A stretch of 64,000 nucleotides of DNA from Hemiscyllium ocellatum (lineage: Eukaryota), in contig NC_083409.1 of the NCBI RefSeq assembly GCF_020745735.1, positions 7,367,534 to 7,431,533 on the forward strand, given 5' to 3'. The translations under genes were made by a program, and so were the position numbers. This document shows positions 11,377 through 24,199 of the stretch, piece by piece (the stretch's first letter is position 1; every line of letters starts with the position of its first letter). A model generated the notes under the pieces. The model saw only the letters and a program-made list of their open reading frames with translations, had not been told where the DNA came from and made no database searches.

Positions 11377-12050
11377 GTAATATTTGTCTGTGAAATGGTT
11401 GCTTAAGTTTTGTTTGCTGTTTGACAACAATTCGAATTAAACCAGTTTAAATTATGCCCCAGGACACTAAAACTCAATCGTGGTGAGCATATTGTTTGAC
11501 GAACGATCTGATGAAGTTGTGAGTTTAAAAATGTAAGCATTTTGAAAATTGGAGAGAGCAGCTGCCATTGAGAAAGATCCAAGAAATTTGGAAACCCTCT
11601 ATATCAAAGGTGCATTTACATATGAAATAAACTCGTAGTAAAAATAAAGAATACGATCCGAGGAATTCAGCAGCCAGAAGACTGAAGTCACAGAAAACGA
11701 CAGCGGCTGGGTGTTTTCGAAATTAAGCTGATGTAATTTAATAAGTGCCTTATTGGCACAGCAAATTGTTATAGGGTAGTAGGCCGTTCATAAATAGTTC
11801 AGAGAAAGTATGGTGGTGGTGGTAGGGGGGGTGGGGGCGAGGGTAGAGGATTTTAGAATTTTCAATATTGGTTGTTGAATGTTCACTTTTGGAGTTAGGA
11901 CATAACTAGATTTTATTTTCTTTAAATAGTGGAATTAGGGAGCTCTCTGTCTCTCATATATTTTACCATATTGCAAGATGAAGTAAGACTTTCTGGGTGT
12001 TTGGTTTAATTAACAGAGGAGTTAACCTCCGTGTCGTAAAACTATGCAGT
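11377..12050 (+). mobile_element. Possible solo LTR
   Basis: Non-coding block of about 670 bp starting tgt... and ending ...gttaacctccgtgtcgtaa, resembling shark LTR ends as I recall them. No clear target-site duplication. Confidence 0.3.
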
Positions 12051-12663
12051 GAACAATAATGCATTGATCTGTTATCTTGGAGCCGTCATTCTACCAGCAT
12101 TTGGAGCTGTGCAGAACACATTAGTGCATTGCGGATTAACATTGAGTTGATTACTGTCCAATATGGGGAAAATGGGAATTCCATTCTGGGCGGTGCAAGA
12201 TGTTAGCTCCCATCCACTTACAGATACATATGTTGATTGTGCCATGTCAAGGATTGTTGCTGAAGTGAAAATGGTTGCCATACAGAAATGCAAGGGGAAT
12301 TCGTATAAATGGCAACAATTGGGAGCAGATTGGAAAAAGACGGAGAGAGAGACTGAGAGAATATCATCATTGAGGAATGCGTTTGCAGGTTTAAGAATGC
12401 TGAAATGAAGACATTTGGAGGCAGTCATGCAACATGGAGGAGTACTTCCAGGAATGATCTGTGATCAGGATATTGTGTGAGCTTAAATGGCGGAGCATGA
12501 TGGAAAAACGTTTCTTGTGAAGCTTTAAAACTAGGAGGACGATAATCACAGAATTTGATTTATCGGACTGAATATTGCAATAATTTGGCTGAAAGACCAT
12601 TTGCATTGAGATTGATCGAGGCTTCCTCTTTTTAGGCTGAATGATAATGGACTATATAGAATA

Positions 12664-13175
12664 ATAGAGACATAGAGATGTACATCATGGAAACAGACAC
12701 TTCGGTCCAACCCGTCCATGCTGACCAGATATCCCAAACCAATCTAGACCCACCTGCCAGCACCCGGCCCATATCCCTCCAAACCCTTCCTATTCACATA
12801 CCCATCCACATGCCTCTTAAATGTTACAGTTGTACCAGCCTCCACCACTTCCTCTGGCAGCTCATTCCATACACTTACCACCTTCTGCGTGAAAAAGTTG
12901 CCCCGTAGATCTCTTTTATATATTTGCCCTCTTACCTTAACCCTATGCCCTCTAGTCCTGGACTCCCCGACCCTAGGGAAAATACATTGTCTATTTATCC
13001 TATCCATTCCCCTCATAATTTTGTAAACCTCTATTAGGTCACCCCTCAACCTCTGACACTCCAGGGCAAACAGCTCCAGCCTGATCAGCCTCTCTCTATA
13101 GCTCAAATCCTCCAACCTTGGCAACATCCTTGTAAAGTTTTCGTAACCCTTTCAAGTTTCACAGCATCTTTCTAA
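12664..13175 (-). mobile_element. CR1 LINE 3' end (relatively young)
   Basis: ORF 12744-13127 MLPRLEDLSYRERLIRLELFALECQRLRGDLIEVYKIMRGMDR...RGNFFTQKVVSVWNELP, followed by the CR1 tail. Confidence 0.9.
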
Positions 13176-14069
13176 GTGTTCTAACGTTCAGGTTATAAAG
13201 GGTGGTGACATGGTGTGAGTTTAGCTCAATTTATAAAATCAAGCCCTCCTATCTGAGACTGAGTTCAGGGTATGCCTTTCTCCTTCGTCTTGTGCTATCT
13301 GTGGCATTCGCATCCCCAGCGAGCAGTTATAAATCTGTTATGGAGCAACCTCAACTCAATTGATTTTTCATGAATGCGGGAGTCAATGCTTCTTGGGAAT
13401 AGACAGGAAATTGTGTTCAAGCACAATCAGAACACGTAGACTCTCTGAATATTTCAGTAGTCATAATATGCTGAATGAGACAAAAACTGGAATCAACTGC
13501 TGCTACGAAGGCATGTGTCATTATATTTTTCAACAATTCGAGGTATTCGAATTTGGGTAAGAGCCCAGTCAGCCAGTCGGGGCTCAGTGTAATGATACAG
13601 AAGGTGACCGATCTTTACCTCTAATAAATTAGACAAGAATAGAATTTGGCGTTCAAACGATTGAGCACATTTTACAGCACAGCACATGGCGGTTAAACGT
13701 TCCAGGATGCTGCGCTGGATTAGGGATTCATTTCTTAGACAAATAAATACACGAAGTAGAATTTTATAGTCTAATGCGTTTATTTGGAAATACCTTCTTT
13801 CAGAGCGAAGATCTTTCGGCTGGTATCTTGCCAAGCAGAATCATGGGACACTAAACTTATATTAAAAGTGCACAAGTTAACTTTATCTACCCTAGTCTAA
13901 CACCAATGCCTCGACATGAAAAATAAATACATAGCAGAGGGAAATATGTATTCTCAGTTAGTAAAGCTATACCTAGTGGAATTGCTACGAAATTGCTGTG
14001 GAATCAGCAATGATTTACAATCTATATTAATGACTTGGTTCAGACGACTGAGTAAATTTCAGCTGAATT

Positions 14070-15245
14070 ACATCATCAACCAGTCACTTCCTAACTGATA
14101 CAAACGCAATCCTTGACACCAATCCACATCAGTCCGATAAACAATAGTCCCAAATTCTCTGACACCGATTTCCCTTTGAATTATTCCTTTTAAAAAAAGC
14201 ACAGTCACTGACCCTAAACTCCATATTGCTGTGATGAACCAGTCCTACAGTCACTGATGTGAAACTCCTCAATTCTGATGCAAATCAGCCACACAGTCAA
14301 TGGCATCGATTATCTCCTGTCTGATATAAACCAGCCACACAGTCACTGACGCCAATCTACTAGCACCTGACAAATACTAGTCACATTGTCAGTGGCACCA
14401 AACTCATGCTATTTGGTATAATCTGTCCTCATTCCCCTTTTGTCTAATATAGAAACAGCCCTGAAGTAATTTTTTCAGGCTTCTTCTCTCTGATATAATA
14501 CAACACAACAGTTAATGACACTAATCACAACCTGATATGTACGAAATGTCTCACAATCATTAAAACCAATCTCTTCGAGACAGATTAAAAAATCTAACGA
14601 TCACGAGCATCAAGCTCCTGCTGTCTAATATAAACCAGAGACAAATTGATTGACAGAAAACCTCTCCTCTCTGACATAAAGTAGCCCCACCGTCATATAA
14701 ATCACCTCCTGTCTGAATAAAGTAGCTACATTGCTACTAACAACAATATCTTTCTCTCTGACATAGGCATTCCACAGACACTGATACCAATCTCTTTCTT
14801 TCTAACATAAACAGAACGCACAAGCACTTTCGACAACCTTGTACAAACCAAGAGAAACCACCAACTCAGTCACTGCCACCAATACCATCACGCCTGATTT
14901 AAGACAGCCCAACAATCACTGACACAGATTACTTCCTTTCTGATATAAGCCAGACCGACAATCACTGAGACCAATAAAGGATATTTCGAAATTTATCAAA
15001 CCCATACTTACTGACGCTAATCTCATCCTGAATGAAATGAACCAGCGCCACAATCACTTTGACGGACCTCTTCCTTTAAGATGAATCCCAGCCCCATTGT
15101 CACTGAGACCAATTCTTTGATGCCTGACAAAAAGTAATGCCACAGTCTTTGACACCAATATAATCACGATTGATTTAAAACAATTATGCAGTCACTCACA
15201 CCAATTTCCCCTGGTTTAATATAAACCAGTCCCTCTATCACTGTC
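14070..15245. repeat. Diverged 46-bp minisatellite array
   Basis: The cagtca(c/a)tg core recurs at 14202, 14248, 14294 and 14340 (46-bp period). The unit is approximately cagccacacagtcactgacaccaatctcctcctgtctgatataaac and decays towards the edges. Confidence 0.8.
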
Positions 15246-15479
15246 AGCGATTAACTGCTCTGCCACTTGAAGGGTCCATCCACATACGTCTCGAATGTTA
15301 TCAGGATTTCTGCATGTATCAACCGTAGAGACAGCGAAATTCTACATAATTTTTGCTGCATGAGATCATGGAAACGGAAACGGTACATTTGGATCTGTAC
15401 AAAACAATAATCAATTAACATTGCGGCGGGTATGGCCAATATGATATCACAATGATTACCAAAGCTACCTCAAAGCCCC

Positions 15480-15625
15480 AGGCACTGTGTTCAGTTCCAA
15501 CCTCGGGCGATATATGGAATCTGTACATTTTCTGCGTGTCTGTTTGGGTTTCTGCCGTGTTCTGTCGTTTCTTCCCACAATCGAAAGATGTGCAGTTTAG
15601 GTGAATTGGCCGTATTTAATTGCTT
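15480..15625 (+). mobile_element. Decayed HE1-type SINE fragment
   Basis: Diverged match to the SINE body (ttcccacaatcgaaagatgtgcagtttaggtgaattggcc). Confidence 0.6.
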
Positions 15626-15719
15626 AAACTGTGGAGAGGAAAGTCGGTTGAACTAATTTGAATGAATCACACGCTTCCATGACATTGGGATTCAAGACGG
15701 AGGTTGAGGGGAGGACTGA

Positions 15720-16090
15720 CTTAGGTCAGCAAAATCATATGAGGGGTAGACAGCGTGGACAGCAATAATTTTTTTTTCAGATTGTGGGAGTCGATTACTA
15801 CAGGTTAATTTTTTTTAAAGTGGGAGAGAAAAGATGTAAGGAAGATATACATGGAAAGTTCTTTACGCGGAGGATGGTGGGTGCCTCGACCGTGTTGCCA
15901 GCGGAGGTTGTAGAGGCGGCCACATTAGTGTCATTTAAGATGTATCCAGACACCTACATCAATGTCAGGTAGCAAAGGGTTACTGACCTTTTGTCAATAG
16001 TTGACAGGCTTAGATAGAGTATCTGGATCAGTGCAGGCTTGGAGGTCAGAAGGGCTTGTTTCTGTTCTGTAGATTTCTTTTTTATTTTGT
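15720..16090 (+). mobile_element. CR1 LINE 3' end
   Basis: GKFFTRRMVGASTVLPAEVVEAATLVSFK followed by a CR1-like tail. Confidence 0.7.
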
Positions 16091-16929
16091 TCTTTGTTCG
16101 ATCATCTCTCAGGTAATCTGAAATATTCGGGGAGGTTTCTAAAAATGAATCAAGTCGGCTTGATTGAAATGCATGATAAGGATTTTAATCCTGATTTGCT
16201 CATGTGAAATAGATGTTGTTGATACACATCAACAACATCTATTTGTGATCGACGGACTGTTCTTCTCAAGCTTTACCTTCACCTTGGGAACAGTAAGGTT
16301 CAGGTTAAACCACCATCAGACCTATCTCTGTTTTGAGAGAACAAAACACTTGTATATTAGGACAATAGTGACTTAACGTCTCACACCTTGATGCCACTGT
16401 ATCAGGATGCTGAAATAACGGAATGTTAAAGGTGGTGAATGCGGTATCACACAGGCACAGTGCGTGTTCCTGCAGGATGTATGCTTCCTTTAATATTGTT
16501 TGAGGCTGTTATGATTCAAGCCAGTACAGAATGTTAGCATGTCTGCAGTTTAGCGAGAACAATGTAAAGTATCAAGATGACTTTTGATAAGACTTGATAT
16601 TGGAGAAAGATGCAAATTTAGGTCTGCTATGTATGGTTTTGTAAGGTAGTGGAAAGGAAGGATGCAGCAAAGACAGCTGATTGACTTGTCTCAATCTTAT
16701 TGACAAATAAACTGCATGCACCTCTCACATTGTCAGAAGGAAAGATGAAGGAGACCAGAAGATGGACAGTATTTTGCAAAGAGACAAAGCCTTTGTCAAT
16801 TATACTTAAAAATGAGAGAAAAAACTTGAACTTTTAAAAGTTTATGCCAACTACTAAAATGCACAACTGAAGGCTAGATTTGAATCGCACCTCAGTAGAT
16901 TGCGGAGTATGAATTCAACAAAAAATAAC

Positions 16930-18900
16930 TGGAATTAAGACTTTACTGATTGCCACGGAAACATTACCATTTTTCAGAATAGAATACACTATGCCCTTTA
17001 TTCCATCCTCAGCTGCTCTGGCTTAAATGTGACGCCATAGACTCACGAATGTGGTTGACTCTCAACTGCCCTCTGAATTGGCGCAACAAGGCATCCAGTT
17101 GTATTATAAACTGCAAAGTCTCAACAAAGGAATGAGATTTGATGCACTACCTGATCGCAAACAAGGCACTGGAAAATTCTGCAGCAGATGTAGCCCAGTC
17201 GACCCTACAAAAGCCTCCACACTAACATCTGGGCGATAGTGACAAAAAGTCGAAAGTGGTCAAATTATAGTCTGACATATTCATGTTCACGGAATCATGC
17301 CTGACAGACAATGGCCTAGGTGCCACAATTACAATCCCCAGCTATGTCCTGTTTCAACAGTAGAAAAGAACAAAATGAGTTGGCAGAACAGTGGTATATA
17401 ATTGGAAGGGAGTTTTGATTCGGGTCCCCATCAAGTCTCATGGTTTCAGGTTAAACAAGAGTAAGCAAACCTTCCACTGCTTATCACCTACCATTATAGA
17501 ACATAGAACATAGAAAAATACAGCGTAGTACAGGCCCTGCGGGCCTCGATGTTGTGCCGACCAAAGCCTACCTAACCTACACTAGCCCAATAACCTTCAC
17601 ATGCTCATCCAATGCCCGCTTAAATGACCATAAAGAGGGAGAGTCCACCACTGCTACTGGCAGGGCATTCCATGTACTCACAACCCGCTGAGTAAAGAAT
17701 CTACCCCTAACATCTGTCCTATACCTACCACCCCTTAATTTAAAGCTGTGTCCCCTAGTAACAGCTGACTCCATTCGCGGAAAAAGGTTCTCACTGTCAA
17801 CCCTATCTGAACCTCTAATCATCTTGTACACCTCGTTTGGCTGATGGATTCATCCTCCTTCATGTTGAAATTTGTGAAGGAATCACTGAGTAGGCAATAG
17901 CACAAAACATATTCTTGGTGGGGATTTCGATGTCCAACATCAAGAATGCCTCAGCTGTGACACGATTTAGGATATAGGTATTGGACGGGTTCTGCATCAG
18001 TAGGTGAGAGAACGGACTTGATATACTTGACATAATCCTTGAAAATCTATCTGCTGCAGATGCATCTGTCCAGGGAAGTGTCGATAAGAGTGACCACTCT
18101 GCTGTACTGGTGGAACGAAACACCACCCTCACATTGGAATTTGCGCTGTATTGTGTTGAGTAACAGTGTCACTATTTTGAATGGGACAGACTTCGAACAG
18201 ATTTACCAACTCTCTATTGGTCAGGCATCAGGCACTGTGGGTCATCAGCAGCAGCAAAAGTGTTCTCCAGCAAATCTGAGATGTTATGGTGCAATATATC
18301 TCCCAATCAAATATTCCAGTCAAGCCACTGGACCGATCCTGGCTCAATGGCTACAGAAGCACGGCATGCCAGGATAGGGTCCAGAAATAACGAATAATGT
18401 GTTACCATTCCTGGATAAACTGCCAAACAGGACCACTGGCATGACAACTATATGCCACCAACAAAGATAGAGCCAAGTAATTACACAACAAATGGATCAG
18501 ATTTAAGATCTGCAGTTCTTCCACACTTAGTCCTCAATGGAAATGGAGAATTAAACAATTCGCTGGAGAATGAAACACAACTGTCACGAGGCCTACTTGT
18601 AGAAGAATCCAATATGCAAAAGATAAGATTATAACATTCCCAGCAATCTTCAGTTGAAGTGTTAATTGGCTGATTGAATTCAGACGCCTCTAGTGTTTAC
18701 TAACATCCCTAAAATGACTATCTTCAGCCAGTTCGATTTTATTGACATAATATCAAGGAATGGATGAAGGAAACTCAACTGGATAGTGCAACAATGAACG
18801 CTTCCAATATTCTGAATGATTACTTGTTTTACCAGCTCAAAGATAACCTACGCAGTGACACTCAGTTTTTATTTCGATAGAGCCATTCAAACGCTGAATT
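16930..18900 (+). mobile_element. Older CR1/L2-like LINE 5' region with decayed endonuclease, interrupted by a CR1 insertion
   Basis: Decayed APE-endonuclease pieces (FTES.L, LLITY, ILD...ADASV...KSDHS). The same family lies on the minus strand at 24200-25750. Confidence 0.65.
17496..17833 (-). mobile_element. Young CR1 3' fragment nested in the older LINE
   Basis: ORF 17577-17831 MYKMIRGSDRVDSENLFPR...RGRFFTQRVVSTWNALP with an (ATAGAAC)n tail. Confidence 0.9.
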
Positions 18901-18958
18901 TTAGAGGTGGGATGAGAGTGAAAGCCTAGAAACGCATCAAGACCACCTATTTACACGA

Positions 18959-20440
18959 TAAAAATCACACAAACCAGGTTATAGTCCAACAGGTTTAATT
19001 AGAAGCACACTAGCTTACTAAAATTGTAAGGCACAGAATTTATAGCAAAAGTTTGCAGTGTGATGTAACTTAAATCATACATTGAAGAATACCTTGATTG
19101 TCTGTTGAGTCTTTCATCTGTTCGAATACCATGATATTTTCACTTCTTTCATGTGTAACTCACAAAACCGCTTTTAAAAGTTGCATTCTCAGGTTAACTG
19201 TAACAATTGGTGTTAGCTAGACAAAATGTTGAAGGTGCTAGCCCCCTGTGTTTTCTGTCTCTGCCAAGATGTGTAGACTGATTCTTATCTACGATGTGAG
19301 ATAACAGAGGTTTAAATGAATTCATACAGTTTCTGAGCAAAGTACAATGTAATTCTGCAAGTAGAAATTCACACCACAAACATATATGCATATGTATGCA
19401 TGTGGGTCTTTGTGTGTGTGTGTGCGTGTGTTTGTGTGTGCGTTTGTGTGTGTGTCTGTCTGGGTTGTGAGTGTGACACAGTGCATGTGTGTGTATGGAA
19501 GTGTCAAGTTCCTAAGTCTGTGAGGGAGTGTATGTGTGAGTGTGGGTGTGTGTGCGTGAGTGTAGAGTGATCTAAATCTGTGAGAGGATGCATGTGAGAG
19601 TGTGGGAGTGTGTGTGTCTGTAAGAGTGTATGTGAGTGTCTGTGTGCGTGTCTGTGTGTATGTGTGTGTATAGGAGTGCCTGTGCTTGTCTGTGTTTGTG
19701 TGAGTGTGCTTACGTAGTAGTGTTTGTGTGTGCGTGTATATAGTGCAATAGTGTTCACCATAATGTGACATGAATCCGAGGTCCCGGTTGAAGCCCTCCC
19801 GATGGTATGGAACTTAGCTATCAGCCTCTGCTCGGCTCACTTCTCTGCTAACTGACCCGAAGCCCGCCTTGGAGGATGGTCATCCGAAGGTCCGAGGTCG
19901 AATGTCCTGGACCGCTCAAGTGTTCCCCAGCTGGAAGGGAACACTCCTGTCTGTTGATTGCTGTGTGGTGCCAATTCATCCGTTGCTGTACCCTTTGCTC
20001 GATTTCCTCAATATACAATGCCTCAAGGAACCCTTGTCTGCAACGTATACGATGTACAATGATGGCTGAGTTACATGAGTACCAGCCATGTTCATGGTCT
20101 GGAGGTGTCTCCACGTGTAATGGTGTCTATGTCCACACTCTGACAAGCCTTGCAGCGCCGACAGTGACAGTGTTGTCTGGAGTTGTCCTGAAAGCCAGGC
20201 AGCTTGCTACCAACAATGATCTGTTTGAGGGTGGCGGTTGTTTAAAGGCAAGCGTTGGAAGTGTGGTGTCGGTCTTGGAGAGGTGCTCATCCTCATTGAT
20301 AATGTGTTGTAGGTCACGAAGAATATAGCGTAGTTTTTCAGCTCCTGGGCAGCAATTCGAATCTGTTGGACTACAAACTGATCGAACATCTGTGTGCACT
20401 GGGGATTGCGGGACTAGTTTGCTAAAATGTTCCATTTCAA
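18959..20440 (-). mobile_element. Penelope-like element 3' part (family C) with GIY-YIG endonuclease and internal (TG)n tract
   Basis: LAFKQPP and YSCNSAIIVHRIRCRQGFLEALYIEEIEQRVQQRMNWH (GIY-YIG-like). Terminal repeat taaaaatcacacaaaccaggttatagtccaacagg, with the hammerhead segment deleted near 19018. Confidence 0.85.
19390..19745. repeat. (TG)n-rich low-complexity tract within the PLE
   Basis: Directly visible; source of the spurious His/Thr-rich ORFs. Confidence 0.9.
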
Positions 20441-21529
20441 TTTTAAATAGATATGCAAAACGTAATGACTAAAACACTTTCAATCTCTGTCGGTTCTCAT
20501 ATCTCCAGGGTAAGGTAACCCTTTCAGTAGTATGATGCTGCAATATTATGAATTCAACAACAAAAGAATTTTGCCATTTATTAAATTGAATTGAATTAAC
20601 GGTATTGACACGTAATCACACCAGTAAACTGAAAAGTTTACAAGTCGACTATTTTAGCTGCACGATCTTACACACAAATATCACAGATTATTTAGCATAA
20701 AATTGAAAAAAAATAATAAAAGGGAAACCAAAGAAATAGAAAGTAGGCAATTTGCAGTTGTGCAGTGCACACTGTACCTCGCCACAAGACAATACTGGAT
20801 ACTCACTTGCAGGTTGCAATGGTGAATTACCCCCAGTACGCATTCTCATTTATTTTGAACATTCGAAACTCGCATTTATTGTCCTTTGAATCTTGCATTT
20901 GAAGTGCAGTAGATGAACATAATTTAGAAACTGGATTGGAAATATACCGAGTCAGAGATCATGAAAAATTGAAGTCGGATTTGAAAAGGCTTCCTGCAGC
21001 TAAAACCTAAAGTTAGCTCTTGAAATATTTGTCAGCGCATTGATGAATGATAGTGAGGCGAGTCTCGTACATATGTCATTCCTGTCGTGAGAGGAACAGA
21101 AAATTATGATGGATATGCAGAATATCACCTTGTTAAGTCAGGTGTATCTTCCTCATATGAGATATGACTAGAAGCAGAAGAAGGTTACTCAGAGAAGAAC
21201 AAAGATATCAAACATCCTAGAAATGTCTTTGCCGTAGAGACCAACCAGAAACAGAAATGAAGACTCAAGAAAGACAAAGAGCTTGATGACAGAGGCAGCA
21301 AAATATACAAGAAGTTCTCTCACTGTTGTACTGTTCAGTTATTGGTATGAGCAGTGTAAATCACAGTCAATCGTTGCCTGAGTTTATCACTTTAGTCTGC
21401 TTAACAACCGATAACGTTCTCCATGCATGTTCTCAACAAAGTTGATTAAAACTCAGCTCTACTAACAAGTCTGCTCCTGCCTGAAAAGGGGCATGGTCCA
21501 CACAAAATCATGGAATTCTGATTTTCAAT

Positions 21530-22720
21530 CCAGGCTGGGAGATGAACTCCACTTCCTCACCACTGGCTCCACCCTCTTCCAGAAATCCATCTGAACCTGA
21601 AGCAGAATGGTCACGGCTGTTGTGAGATATTTAAGCCCAAGATGAACTTCCAATTACATAAACCCCACCTTCACAAATAGCACTGATACTTCATCTTCAG
21701 AAACATCTCAGTTCACCTGCGTCAGTTACTCTCATCCATGTCTCTTTTACTTCCACACTTAATGACCCCAATACACTCCCAGACAGCCTGCCACAGTCCA
21801 CCTCCATGTAACCTTGCTCATCCACACTTCCAAAGATCGTACCATGAACCCTGTATTCTCTATTGCAGTTACTCCTTCCAAAGTGGATCACCTCACACTT
21901 TACGCATTAAACTCTATTTGCTCAGCTCTGCAGTTTGTCTATGTGCTTCTGTAACTTGCAATATCCTTTCACACTGCCCACAACGCCACAGACATTAATG
22001 ACAACTACAAATTTGCTTACTCAACCATCTACGCAAGCATCCAGTTTATTTGTGAAAATGACAAGCAGCAGTGGCCGCAAAACATTTTTTTGCGGGACAC
22101 TGCTAGTAACTGAACTCCAGGACGAACATTTCCCATCAGACACCAGCCCATGTCTTCTTTCAGCAATCTAATTTCTGATCCAAACCGCTAAATCACCCTC
22201 AACCATAAGCCTCCGTAATTCCTCCAGTAGGCTATCGTGGGGAACCTAATCAAACATTTCATCGATATCCATATAAACCCCATGAACCACTTTACCCTCA
22301 TCCACCTATTTGGTCACCTTCTCGAAGAATTCAATAAGGTTTGGGAGGCACGACCGGCTCTTCACTAAACAGTGCTAACCATTCCCAATCAAAATAATTC
22401 CTTTCTTCATGTTTATACATCCTATCTCTTCTAACCCTTTCCAACACCTTACCCATAACTGAAATAATTACCAGGGTTGTCTCAAATCCACAACTTGGAC
22501 GTGGGGACAACATTTCCTATCATTCGGTCTTCGAGCACTAATCCTGTAGACAATTATGACATAAATATTGAAATCAAAGTCTCTGCAATCTTCTCCATAG
22601 CTTCCCAGGGAATCATTGGATAAATCCCATTAGGCCCAGGGGTGTTATCTATTTTGAAACTTTCCAGAATTGCTAACAACTCCTCATTCTGAACTTCAAT
22701 CCCGTCGAGTCAAATAAACT
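21530..22720 (-). mobile_element. Decayed CR1 RT fragments
   Basis: MIHFGRSNCNREYRVHG and VMGKVLERVRRDRMYKH are typical of CR1 RT. Confidence 0.65.
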
Positions 22721-23124
22721 GTATCTTGGTATTGTCCTCAATATCATAGTCCTATTCCTGCGTAAATACTAATGAAGAATATTAATTTTACACCTCTGCT
22801 ATCTCTTTAGTCAACGCCCTTGACTTCCCAATACTGTCCTTGATCGTCCTCAATCTTACACTTGTCGCCAACAATGTCTGCTTGTGCTTCTAATTTCCAG
22901 CATCCAAGATTTGTCCAGTTATCCTTACGAGACGTTTGCTCTCACTGACCTCCAACCATCTATGGACTTCTAATTCTATCAGTCCATTTCTTTCACGTTT
23001 TTGATGCTTTCCCTTCTCAAAGCGATAAGCTTATCAATCTCCTCCCTCAAACTTCTGAATTTTAAGAACAATTTCTTCATTCCGGATGCAATGTAGAATT
23101 TAACTCTTTGACCCAGCTTTTAGT

Positions 23125-23127
<3 letters not shown>

Positions 23128-23159
<32 letters not shown>

Positions 23160-23178
23160 CTTCGTTCTCATGTGTGTG
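23128..23178. repeat. (TG)n microsatellite
   Basis: About 15 perfect TG units, followed by diverged TG-rich sequence. Confidence 0.9.
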
Positions 23179-24199
23179 CCTTGGTTCAACTGTCCTCACT
23201 ATCTAACTTTCCAGGTTAATAAAAAAGACAATGCAGCCTTTCTCTTTCTCTCAAACACTCGAATCCCAGGAATCTTCTTGCAAATTTTCACTCACTCTCT
23301 TAAGGTTAACATCATTCTTTCTATCGAAGGTAAACCAAAATTGTAAGCAGTGTTCCAGCTGCATCATGACGTCCGACACTTGTCTTCAATGATACGACCA
23401 ATGAAGGCAAGTATATCTAACGCCTTGTTTACAATTCTGTAAATGAGTTTTCTGCTGTTGTCATTCAGGATTAATATGCTGCTCTATTACCAGTTGGAAT
23501 ATTCTACGTTATTTTTTGGGAATTCTTTTTTTACCCACTCAGTCCATTTCCCTCGTTTTTATGACGATGAAATTCTCAAGATTTTCATTCACTATAATTC
23601 ATTTTTCTCATCCAGAAACATGAAACCTGATTCTTCCTCCACATATACAGGAGTTGTTGCTTAATCTCGTTTGCCCGTGGGGTACGTGAGGTGTAATATT
23701 CTTGGGCTGCTGCAGTTCAGTTGATGAAAGGATTCCACAATGTGATCAGGTAAGGAGTTAAATATTACGTCAGCAGTTTTCATGAAGAGTCGACGCTATG
23801 CGTCGAAATAACGAATAAATTGTAGTATTATTACGTTTCTAATTTCACAATAATATTAACAATGAACTGTTGACATGAGAACACAGATGGTCAAACGCGT
23901 TTCCACATCAGATTTTCCCGAGTATCTTAAAGGTGGAAAAAAGACCTGACAGGTTTCTGGTAGGAAGTCCAAAACGTGTTTCGTTGGCAACAATTGAAAG
24001 AACCACCAATGTTGGAGCAGTGAATAAGCACATTGTGCAAATTAGAAAACGGATGTTCTCAAAGGTCGTGCGGTGCAAGGGGATGCAGATGGTCCCGAAC
24101 AGGAGGGAAGCCAAGAGCAAAGAAAAAATTACATCACTGTCTATAAATAGGAGTCTTCGTATGTCAGGGTGCAAAGGAGCCATGGTTGAATAAATCTTG

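Noticed and set aside
14070-15245. CRISPR-like regular spacing
   Set aside because: Eukaryotic context, whole units are related with no unique spacers, and there are no cas genes.
20790-20840. JH-like YWG*FTIATC plus gtgagt donor on the minus strand
   Set aside because: No RSS upstream, no WGxG motif and the wrong length; chance similarity.
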